Source: an uncultured Eubacteriales bacterium (lineage in GTDB: Bacteria; Bacillota; Clostridia; Oscillospirales; Acutalibacteraceae). Taken from it: 64,000 bases of DNA. Positions 55,101-63,346 of this stretch are shown here, piece after piece. The number at the start of each line of letters is the position of its first letter. The stretch's first letter is position 1. The DNA lies in the NCBI GenBank assembly GCA_934552855.1, contig CAKTEU010000004.1:17021-81020 (forward strand), written 5' to 3'. The position numbers were made by a program, and so were the translations under genes. The notes beneath the pieces were generated by a model. The model was not told the origin of the DNA. It did not search any database and worked only from the letters and a program-made list of their open reading frames with translations.

Positions 55101-56023
55101 ACCTTCTTCACATGAAATATGCCGTTGTTGTTGCGGAAACAAATTCAATCAACAAAGCCGCCGAACAGCTTTATGTTGGCCAACCGACACTCAGCCGTGC
55201 CGTTAAGGAGCTTGAACAAAGCCTTGGCGTTACACTTTTTGAGCGCAGCGCAAAGGGAATGTTCCTCACACCGGACGGCGAAACCTTTGTTCGATATGCA
55301 AAAACGGTTCTTGAACAGGTTGACGCAATTGAAGATATGTTCACAAAGGGAAGAGTCAGCAAAAAACGTTTTTCGCTTTCCGTTCCCCGTGCAAGCTATA
55401 TCACCGAAGCGTTTGCCGCTTTTTCAAAGCTGATTGAAAAGGACACTCCCGCCGAACTTTTTTATAAGGAAACAAACTCAATGCGAACCCTTCGCAACGT
55501 TCTTCAGGAAAATTATAAGCTTGGAATTGTTCGTTACGCCGAAAACTATGATAAATATTACAAAGACATGATGGACGAAAAAGGGCTTGAATACGAGCTT
55601 GTTACAAAGTTCCGCTATGTTCTTTTAATGAGCGAGGAAAGCGAACTTTCAAAAAAAGAGAACATCACCTATGACGATCTCAAAGACAAAATAGAAATTG
55701 CACACGCCGACCCATACGTTCCTTCAATTCCTTTTGCACAAATCAAAAAAGAGGAACTTCCGGATAATTCAAGCCGCAGAATTTTTGTTTTTGAAAGAGC
55801 GAGCCAGTTTGAACTTCTTGCGCAAAACCCGGAAACGTTCATGTGGGTTTCCTCAATCCCGAAAACGCTTTTAAAACGTTACGGACTTACTCAGCGTGCG
55901 TGTGAAGAGAACAAAAAGATTTACAAGGACGTTTTGATTCACCGCAGGGATTATACTCTCGGCGCATTGGACAATCTTTTTATTGAACAGCTTGTTAAGG
56001 CAAAAAGAGAAGTCCTCGGCTGA
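55097..56023 (+). CDS. LysR family transcriptional regulator
   Basis: MNLLHMKYAVVVAETNSINKAAEQLYVGQPTLSRAVKELE. Its start overlaps the stop of the TagF-like gene (ATGA). Confidence 0.9.
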   Translation: MNLLHMKYAVVVAETNSINKAAEQLYVGQPTLSRAVKELEQSLGVTLFERSAKGMFLTPDGETFVRYAKTVLEQVDAIEDMFTKGRVSKKRFSLSVPRASYITEAFAAFSKLIEKDTPAELFYKETNSMRTLRNVLQENYKLGIVRYAENYDKYYKDMMDEKGLEYELVTKFRYVLLMSEESELSKKENITYDDLKDKIEIAHADPYVPSIPFAQIKKEELPDNSSRRIFVFERASQFELLAQNPETFMWVSSIPKTLLKRYGLTQRACEENKKIYKDVLIHRRDYTLGALDNLFIEQLVKAKREVLG

Positions 56024-56055
56024 AAAACAAAATTGGCGGAAAGGAATGATGCTTC

Positions 56056-56601
56056 ATGAAATGGTTCATTGCGTCCGATATCCACGGAAGCGCATATTAC
56101 TGTGAAAAAATGATTGAACGATATAAGGAGGAAAAATGCGACCGCCTTGTTTTTCTCGGTGATATTCTTTATCACGGGCCGAGAAACGATCTTCCCCGTG
56201 ATTATGCGCCGAAAAAGGTTATTGCAATGCTTTCGGAATATAAGGACGAAACGTTTTCCGTTTGCGGAAACTGTGATTGCGCCGTTGATCAAATGGTGCT
56301 TCCGTTTCCCGTTCTTGCGGAATATTCTGTTCTTGACACCGGAAAAAGGCTCATCTTTTTGACTCACGGACACATTTATAACGAAGAAAAGCTGTTGCCG
56401 ATGAAAAAGGGAGACATTCTTCTTTCCGGCCACACGCACGTTCCGAAGTGCGAAGAAAAAAACGGCTTTGTTTTTATGAATCCCGGTTCGGTTTCAATTC
56501 CGAAAGAAAACAGCGTGCACAGCTATATGACGCTTGAAAACGGAACTTTTCTTTGGAAAAACATTGAAGACGGAAAAATATATATGGAATATAAAATTTG
56601 A
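56056..56601 (+). CDS. yfcE: YfcE/MJ0936 family metallophosphoesterase
   Basis: SDIHGS, ...LGDILYHGPRN, ...GNCD, ...THGH, ...GHTH. Confidence 0.85.
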   Translation: MKWFIASDIHGSAYYCEKMIERYKEEKCDRLVFLGDILYHGPRNDLPRDYAPKKVIAMLSEYKDETFSVCGNCDCAVDQMVLPFPVLAEYSVLDTGKRLIFLTHGHIYNEEKLLPMKKGDILLSGHTHVPKCEEKNGFVFMNPGSVSIPKENSVHSYMTLENGTFLWKNIEDGKIYMEYKI

Positions 56602-56618
56602 ATAAATACTTTGAAAAA

Positions 56619-56655
56619 AGCCGCCGCAGCGATGATTACGTTTGCGGCGGCTTTT
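56619..56655 (+). terminator. intrinsic terminator
   Basis: AGCCGCCGCA-N14-TGCGGCGGCT followed by TTTG. Confidence 0.8.
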
Positions 56656-56820
56656 GTTGTGCGTAAAAAAATCAAGCTTGCAAAATTTGCGCTCTGTTTT
56701 TGGTGATTATTGACAAAGTCTATGACAAATGTTTAATAATTTATAATATTTCTAACAAACAAACGTGACTATTGTTTAATATACTTGATATATCTCAAAA
56801 AGAAAGGTGGAAAAGAAAAA

Positions 56821-58416
56821 ATGAAAAAAATTATATCAATCGTTCTCTCGGTACTGTTGCTTTTTTCTGCGCTCGGCGCAGGCACGGCTGCTTTTGCCGC
56901 AGACGAATGTTCGTGCGGCGTAACGCCGATTGTTTATGTCAAAGGCAGAACAGACATATATAAAGATAAAAACGACCTCAGCAAGGGCTTGGCCGAAAAA
57001 AATGTTTCAGGCGGAAAAGAATCAATAAAAGAGGCCGCAATCAACATTTCTTCCGCATTTGCAAAAGCCATGCTTACGGATGAATGGGACGAATACTGCG
57101 ATGTTCTTTATGAGGAGATTGCGCCGCTTTACGATCAATACCCCTGTGACGAAAACGGAGAGGTTTCAAACAGCAGCGGAATTGCCCCTTATTGGAGCAT
57201 TGAAGAAACCGTTAAAAGAGCAATTGAACGGGGCAGAAATTTTCATATCTATGCCAAAGACGATATCACCCTTTATCAGTTTCAATATGACATACGCCTT
57301 GACCCGATAAAAAATGCGGCCGACCTCAAATTGTTCATTGAAACCGTTAAAAAAACTTCGGGTCACAAAAAAGTGAGCATCGTTTCACGCTGTGAAGGAA
57401 CGGTTATTGCAAACGCACTTTTCAACGCTTACGGTTGGGACGATATTGAAAGCGTTGTAATGTATAACCCGATTGCCGCCGGTGCGGAAATTGCAGACAG
57501 CGTTTTCGGAAATACTGTAAAATTCGATTCCGCCGGAATCAGCAGAATGGCGTTTGAATTTCTCGGCAACGACCCCGTTATGGACCTTATCAGAAGCGGA
57601 CTTGAGCTTTCCGAATACGGCGGTGTTCTCGGTTCGGTCTCCGATTTTGTTCAAAAAATCTATGACAAGGTTGCACCGAACGTTATGCCGAGGCTCATCA
57701 GGGCAACGTTCGGTCAATGCCCCGGCTGGTACGGAATGGTTAGTCCCGAAGTTTTTGAAGACTGCAAAAACTTTACCCTCGGCGGAAATCCGGACGGAAA
57801 ATATGACGGGCTGATTGAAAAAATTGACAATTATAACTACGGATACAAATTAAAAGCACGTTCGGTTCTTGAAGAAATGAAAAATGACGGCGTAAGAGTT
57901 TATGTTATTGCAAAGTATAACAATCAAATGTATCCGGTTATGGAAGTCAGCGACAGGCTCGGCGACGGCGTTGTTTCGGTTCTTAAGCAAACCTATAACG
58001 GTTCAACCTGCGCCGATATCACAAAAACTTTGAGCGACGAATATCTTGCTTCGGCAAACATGAAATATGTTTCGCCGGATAAGATGATTGATTCTTCAAC
58101 GGCTGCTTTTCCGGAGCATACATGGTATATCCGTGACCTTCAGCATGATTACTATCCGTCGTCGTTTGACCCGTATATTTTCAAGCTTGTCCGCTATGAC
58201 GGTTATGCCGATATTGATACTTTTTCGGATATGCCTCAGTATCTTCGTTATGTCGGTGTGAGAGAAAACGACAACAATCACATTGAGATTTTGACAAGTG
58301 AAAGCCCGTTGCCGACGGATAATCAGCCGAAAAAATCAATTGTTACAATTCTTATGGACTTCATAATCAGAGTGCTCAACTTTATCAAATATCAGTTTGA
58401 CAAAATTAAAAAGTGA
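56821..58416 (+). CDS. secreted lipase/LCAT-like alpha/beta hydrolase paralog B, with Cys at the nucleophile position
   Basis: ATG at 56821. Signal peptide is MKKIISIVLSVLLLFSALGAGTAAFA. It is colinear with 15646..17463: SGHKKVSIVSRCEGTV versus TGHSKINVVPISQGGS, GDGVV versus ADGII, and LQHD versus HNHE. It carries a C-terminal amphipathic tail. Confidence 0.8.
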   Translation: MKKIISIVLSVLLLFSALGAGTAAFAADECSCGVTPIVYVKGRTDIYKDKNDLSKGLAEKNVSGGKESIKEAAINISSAFAKAMLTDEWDEYCDVLYEEIAPLYDQYPCDENGEVSNSSGIAPYWSIEETVKRAIERGRNFHIYAKDDITLYQFQYDIRLDPIKNAADLKLFIETVKKTSGHKKVSIVSRCEGTVIANALFNAYGWDDIESVVMYNPIAAGAEIADSVFGNTVKFDSAGISRMAFEFLGNDPVMDLIRSGLELSEYGGVLGSVSDFVQKIYDKVAPNVMPRLIRATFGQCPGWYGMVSPEVFEDCKNFTLGGNPDGKYDGLIEKIDNYNYGYKLKARSVLEEMKNDGVRVYVIAKYNNQMYPVMEVSDRLGDGVVSVLKQTYNGSTCADITKTLSDEYLASANMKYVSPDKMIDSSTAAFPEHTWYIRDLQHDYYPSSFDPYIFKLVRYDGYADIDTFSDMPQYLRYVGVRENDNNHIEILTSESPLPTDNQPKKSIVTILMDFIIRVLNFIKYQFDKIKK

Positions 58417-58427
58417 ATAAGAACATA

Positions 58428-58470
58428 CCCGGCAGAAGCGGTTTAAGGCTTTCTGCCGGGTTGATTTTTT
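58428..58470. terminator. bidirectional terminator
   Basis: CCCGGCAGAA-N13-TTCTGCCGGG followed by TTGATTTTTT. Confidence 0.8.
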
Positions 58471-58476
58471 TATTTG

Positions 58477-60453
58477 TTATTCTGCTTTTTTGGCTTCAAA
58501 AATTTCGTTCCAGTTTGCGTAATATGCTTCCTGCTTTACAAGTGCCCTTGCACGGATATAATCATAAGCCTTTTTATGGAAAGAATCAAGCTCCTTTGAA
58601 GCGGCCTTAAGTTCGGCGGCTTTAAGCTTTTGTTCTTCGGGTGTTTTTTCCGGCAGGGCTTTTGCATTGTTGTATCTTTCAAGCGTAGGCTCGGAAACGG
58701 AGTAAAGCTCTTCAACCGTGTGACTTAAAAGTTCTTTTGCTTTTGAAAGTGCTTTTTTCATGTCGTCTTTTTCAAAGCGGTTCTTTTCTTCGGTAACAAG
58801 CGAAAGAGCCTTGATTTGACGCTTGAGCCGTGATTTTTCTTTGCGCTTGAGCAAAGCGGGCTTTGAAAGCCTGCCCTTTGCTTCGTTCAGTTCTTTTTCG
58901 GCTTTGCGATAAATTTCAACAGCCTCGTCAAGCTGACCTTCGGAAAGATTGTCAGTTGCAAAATCTTCAAGTGCGGCACGGATTTTGAGAACGCCTATGT
59001 GCGCTTCGTGGTCGTCTTCCGTGAGAGTATACATTGTGATGAACGGAATGAGCGAAAGAACATAACCGACAATTGCAATAATTATCAGTCCTCTTGACAT
59101 CGGTTCACGAAAGCTTTGATTATAAAGGTCATTATAATTTGTTGTAAGGCCGTAATGATTCCTTATCAAAACGGTGTTGACAAAATAAGTTGTTGCCATT
59201 GTTATAAACGTTCCGATGAACGAAACAACCTGACCGAGCAGTCCTTCAAGCCGGTCGCCGGTTTTATATTGCTGATAATCAAGAATATCCGCACCGATTG
59301 CACCGTCGCTGATAATCGGAAACGTTGTGAAAAATCCGCGCAAAAATGTGAACGCAAACAAAGCCCAAATATGGCGAAGCGAAAGCAGCATGCCCGTCAT
59401 TGCAACAATGTTTCCGACGGTATACATGATTACAAAATTTTTCTTTCCGATTTTTCTTATCAAAATCGGAGAAAGAAGCATTGCCGGAGTTGCCGCCGCA
59501 CCGAGAATTGTTACAAGGGTTCCGTTGAGCGCACCCTGTTGCTGCGTTGTCAGGCCGAGAACATCTTTGATTCCGTAATAAAAATACCACGTTGTGACGT
59601 TGCCGATTCCGCACTGAAAGAATACGAGCCACGCCTGGAACGACCGAGCCCACTGAAACTTGTTTTTCATTCCGGAAACAATTCCTTTGAAAAACGGAAC
59701 TTTCGGAACGTAGTCTTTTGAAACAATGATTCGCTCCTTTGTTCCGCCGTAAGAAAGCAAACCGATAACCGCACCGACAACACCGAACACAGGCATAATA
59801 ATGCGATAAGGCGCAATTGTGTCCATTCCGCCCAAAAAGCCGCAGATGAGCGGAAAAACAAAACCGGTGATTGACGGCGCAAGCGAATAAATGAACGTTG
59901 AAACGGTGATTACATCGGCACGTTCGGTTGAATTGGGACTCATAACCTGAACAAGGGTGGTGTATGCCTGGTCATAAAGCGGATAGAAAAGCTGAAGCAG
60001 CATATAAAACGCAAAAAGCGAATAAAGCTTTGCGTTATAACTCATGTTTTCCCACGGCATGAGAGCAAAGGCGGCGCAAAGAACGCCGGACGGAATACCC
60101 GTATATAAAAGATAAGGCCTGAACTTTCCTTTTGAAGAACGTGTGTTGTCAATGAGCATTCCTCTGACCGGAACAAGAATAAGGTTGAGAACCGTTGCAA
60201 TAAGGTTAAGATTTGTAAGATCGCCGGAATCAAGGCCGAGCGCCGAACCGGCAAGAAGGCTTGTTCCCGAAAGCGCAATCAGCCAGCAGACGGAAATCAA
60301 AAATTTTACGCCGATTCCGCCAACGCTGTATGCGGCAATCTCCTTAAACGGTATGTATCGTCCTTCCGGCGGCGTTTTCCAATAAGACTTGAGTGACGAA
60401 ACAAATCCGCTGATTTTTTGAAAAACTTTGCCTTGGTTTCCTTTTGTTTTCAT
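58477..60453 (-). CDS. MFS/GPH-family (glycoside-pentoside-hexuronide-type) transporter with a C-terminal coiled-coil extension of about 190 aa
   Basis: ORF trimmed to the ATG at 60453 (MKTKGNQGKV...). A core of about 12 TM segments is followed by a charged heptad-rich tail (...LDEAVEIYRKAEKELNEAKGRL...EEQKLKAAELKAASKELDSFHKKAYDY...). Confidence 0.85.
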   Translation of the reverse strand: MKTKGNQGKVFQKISGFVSSLKSYWKTPPEGRYIPFKEIAAYSVGGIGVKFLISVCWLIALSGTSLLAGSALGLDSGDLTNLNLIATVLNLILVPVRGMLIDNTRSSKGKFRPYLLYTGIPSGVLCAAFALMPWENMSYNAKLYSLFAFYMLLQLFYPLYDQAYTTLVQVMSPNSTERADVITVSTFIYSLAPSITGFVFPLICGFLGGMDTIAPYRIIMPVFGVVGAVIGLLSYGGTKERIIVSKDYVPKVPFFKGIVSGMKNKFQWARSFQAWLVFFQCGIGNVTTWYFYYGIKDVLGLTTQQQGALNGTLVTILGAAATPAMLLSPILIRKIGKKNFVIMYTVGNIVAMTGMLLSLRHIWALFAFTFLRGFFTTFPIISDGAIGADILDYQQYKTGDRLEGLLGQVVSFIGTFITMATTYFVNTVLIRNHYGLTTNYNDLYNQSFREPMSRGLIIIAIVGYVLSLIPFITMYTLTEDDHEAHIGVLKIRAALEDFATDNLSEGQLDEAVEIYRKAEKELNEAKGRLSKPALLKRKEKSRLKRQIKALSLVTEEKNRFEKDDMKKALSKAKELLSHTVEELYSVSEPTLERYNNAKALPEKTPEEQKLKAAELKAASKELDSFHKKAYDYIRARALVKQEAYYANWNEIFEAKKAE

Positions 60454-60746
60454 TATATCTCCCCTTAAAAATTGTATGTGGCATAATGATTTTAACATAA
60501 CAACAGTGCATTTACAATCAAAAAAGTTAAAAAGTTGTAATTTTTTTATGCAGCATTACCGAAGCGGCACTCTTACCGGGCATAATAGATAACAAACATA
60601 TCTATATATGCATTACCCATATGAAAAACATGCAATTCCCAAACGGAGCGTTGTCTGTTAAAATAATGCCTGACGAAAGGTCAAACAGGCGTAATCCGTA
60701 TGGATTACCGAACAAAAAGTCAATTCTTTTAAGGAGGATTTTTATT

Positions 60747-61964
60747 ATGGCACGTTTTACGTTACCCCGTGACCTTTATCACGGAAAAGGAGCACTTGAA
60801 GCCCTTAAATCATTTGAAGGAAAAAAAGCGATGATTTGCGTCGGCGGCGGTTCAATGAAACGCTTCGGCTTTTTGGACAAGGCTGTCGGTTACCTTAAGG
60901 AAGCCGGAATGGAAGTAGAAATCTTTGACGGAATTGAACCCGATCCTTCGGTTGAAACCGTTATGAGAGGCGCAGACGCAATGCTTAAGTTTGAGCCGGA
61001 CTGGATCATCGCAATGGGCGGCGGTTCACCGATTGACGCAGCAAAAGCAATGTGGATCAAATATGAATATCCGGAAGTTACCTTTGAAGATATGTGCAAA
61101 GTTTTCGGCCTTCCGAAGCTTCGCAAAAAAGCTCATTTCTGCGCAATTTCCTCAACATCGGGAACTGCAACCGAAGTTACCGCTTTTTCAATCATCACCG
61201 ACTACAACAAGGGAATCAAATATCCGATTGCCGACTTTGAAATCACTCCCGACGTTGCAATTGTTGACCCCGACCTTGCAGAAACAATGCCCAAAAAGCT
61301 TGTTGCCCACACAGGTATGGACGCAATGACTCATTCAATTGAGGCTTATGTTTCAACCGCAAACTGCGATTACACCGATCCTCTTGCTCTTTACTCAATC
61401 AAGATGATTCAGAACGACCTTGTTGATTCCTATAACGGCGACATGGCAAAGCGTGACAGTATGCACAACGCTCAGTGCCTTGCCGGTATGGCTTTTTCAA
61501 ACGCTCTTCTCGGAATTGTTCACTCAATGGCTCACAAGACTGGCGCAGCATTTGCCGATTACGGCGCACACATCATTCACGGCGCAGCAAACGCAATGTA
61601 TCTTCCGAAGGTTATCGCTTTCAACGCAAAGGATCCCGTTGCCGCCGAACGCTATGCAAAGATTGCCGATTATATGAACCTTGGCGGCGAAACAACCGAA
61701 GAAAAGATTAAAAATCTTATTGCCGAACTTCGCCACATGAACGATGAGCTCAACATTCCGCATTGCATTAAGCATTACGGCGCAGACAGCTATCCCGCCG
61801 AAGAAGGCTTTGTTCCCGAAAACGTATTTCTTGAAAGACTTCATGATATCGCAGTTAACGCCCTTGGCGATGCCTGCACAGGTTCAAACCCCCGTCAGCC
61901 CAGCGTTGACGAAATGGAAAAACTTCTCAAGTGCTGCTATTACGACACAGAAGTTGATTTTTAA
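60747..61964 (+). CDS. iron-containing (group III) alcohol dehydrogenase
   Basis: ATG at 60747 follows AAGGAGG. It has ...GGGS.ID.AKA and the ...H.M.H..GA..... metal-site histidines. Length is 405 aa. Confidence 0.9.
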   Translation: MARFTLPRDLYHGKGALEALKSFEGKKAMICVGGGSMKRFGFLDKAVGYLKEAGMEVEIFDGIEPDPSVETVMRGADAMLKFEPDWIIAMGGGSPIDAAKAMWIKYEYPEVTFEDMCKVFGLPKLRKKAHFCAISSTSGTATEVTAFSIITDYNKGIKYPIADFEITPDVAIVDPDLAETMPKKLVAHTGMDAMTHSIEAYVSTANCDYTDPLALYSIKMIQNDLVDSYNGDMAKRDSMHNAQCLAGMAFSNALLGIVHSMAHKTGAAFADYGAHIIHGAANAMYLPKVIAFNAKDPVAAERYAKIADYMNLGGETTEEKIKNLIAELRHMNDELNIPHCIKHYGADSYPAEEGFVPENVFLERLHDIAVNALGDACTGSNPRQPSVDEMEKLLKCCYYDTEVDF

Positions 61965-62083
61965 TCAAGCGTTCCCCTGTTAAAAAGCTTTTGTCCTCCG
62001 GGTCTTAAAAATTATTTTTCTTGAACTCCTCCGTTTTTATGCTCATTTGAATCTCCTCGTTTTTAAGACCTTCCCCGAAAATT

Positions 62084-62131
62084 TTTTGAGGGCCGGCTCG
62101 AACAAAGATTTTGTCTTTGAGGCCCTCAAAA
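62084..62131 (+). terminator. long-loop hairpin downstream of adh (possible terminator)
   Basis: TTTTGAGGGCC-N26-GGCCCTCAAAA, with a T-run only after a further 10 nt. It is weak as a canonical terminator. Confidence 0.3.
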
Positions 62132-62162
62132 GCAGAAGCTTTTTAAAACAATATTATACTGC

Positions 62163-62370
62163 CGGCGCATATGCGCCGTAACCGCTGATTGACCGAGAGC
62201 GCAAATGTTGACAAGGAGTTTTTCTGCCGGATTGCATAAGACATTGCGGGTGACATCTGATGTATTGTCAAAATGGATTATGTGATATGACGGAAAATGC
62301 ACCGCCAAAATTTATGCTTATCGGTTATCAGCGGTTACTTAGCTGCCGGAGACCCCGGCAGCAGTATTTT
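62163..62370 (+). ncRNA. candidate independent structured ncRNA (long irregular hairpin, 6S-like shape) with its own terminator
   Basis: There is a 5' GGCGCATATGCGCC hairpin. A long-range helix pairs GTAACCGCTGATTGACCGAGAGC (62178-) with GCTTATCGGTTATCAGCGGTTAC (-62338). The apical hairpin is TGACA-N10-TGTCA. The terminator is GCTGCCGG-AGAC-CCCGGCAGC followed by AGTATTTT. TATTATACT lies just upstream. There is no ORF with an RBS inside. Confidence 0.35.
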
Positions 62371-62484
62371 AGCTTGAAAACAATGCTTTTGCCGCTTTTG
62401 AAAAAAATCTTTTTTCGGTGAAAGCTTGACATATATAACTGATTAAAAATAAAAGGCTGATTAAAGATAAAGGAGACTTGCCGT

Positions 62485-63333
62485 ATGTATAGGATAGTGA
62501 GAAAGAAAAAGCTGACCGCAGCTGTTACTCAAATGGAAATTGAAGCACCGCTTGTTGCAAAAAAAGCGATGCCGGGTCAGTTTATCATTCTTCGTGTTGA
62601 CGAAAACGGAGAAAGAATACCCCTCACCGTTGCCGGCTATAACAGAGAAGAAGGAACGGTCAAAATCATCTTTCAGGTTGTCGGCTCAACAACTGAGATG
62701 CTTGACGAAAAAAATGAGGGCGAATACCTTCAGGATTTTGTCGGTCCTCTCGGCGTTGCAACAAACATCGACGGTCTCAAAAAGGTTTGCGTAATCGGCG
62801 GTGGTGTCGGCTGTGCAATTGCGCTTCCGATTGCTCAGGAGCTTTCCGCTTCCGGCGCAGACGTAACAAGCATTGTCGGTTTCAGAAATCAGGAAAACGT
62901 TATTCTTGAAGACGAGTTTGTTAAAAGCTCAAACAAGCTTGTTCTTATGACGGACGACGGTTCTTACGGCAGACACGGAAACGTTACCGTGCCGCTCAAA
63001 GAGATGCTTGAAAAAGGCGAAAAATTTGACGAAATTATTGCAATCGGTCCGCTCATCATGATGAAATTTGTTGTTGCCGCAGCAAAGCCGTTCGGCATTC
63101 CCGTAACGGTTTCAATGAACCCGATTATGATTGACGGAACCGGAATGTGCGGCGGCTGCCGCCTTACCCTTGTTCAAAACGGAAAGCGTGTTACAAAGTT
63201 TGCGTGCGTTGACGGGCCGGACTTCAACGGCTATGAAGTTGATTTTGACGAAGCAATGTCAAGAAGCAGATCTTACAGAGGCTTTGAAGAAAAAGAACGT
63301 GAAAAAACCTGCAACCTTTTCAAAACTCACTAA
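62485..63333 (+). CDS. nfnA: ferredoxin-NADP+ oxidoreductase small subunit (NfnA / sulfide-dehydrogenase-like FAD and [2Fe-2S] protein)
   Basis: MYRIVRKKKL...PGQFIILRVDE.GERIPLT.A, ...GG.GCAI..P.A... and a C-terminal CGGC.....C.DGP cluster. Confidence 0.82.
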   Translation: MYRIVRKKKLTAAVTQMEIEAPLVAKKAMPGQFIILRVDENGERIPLTVAGYNREEGTVKIIFQVVGSTTEMLDEKNEGEYLQDFVGPLGVATNIDGLKKVCVIGGGVGCAIALPIAQELSASGADVTSIVGFRNQENVILEDEFVKSSNKLVLMTDDGSYGRHGNVTVPLKEMLEKGEKFDEIIAIGPLIMMKFVVAAAKPFGIPVTVSMNPIMIDGTGMCGGCRLTLVQNGKRVTKFACVDGPDFNGYEVDFDEAMSRSRSYRGFEEKEREKTCNLFKTH

Positions 63334-63346
63334 GGAGGGAATTACA

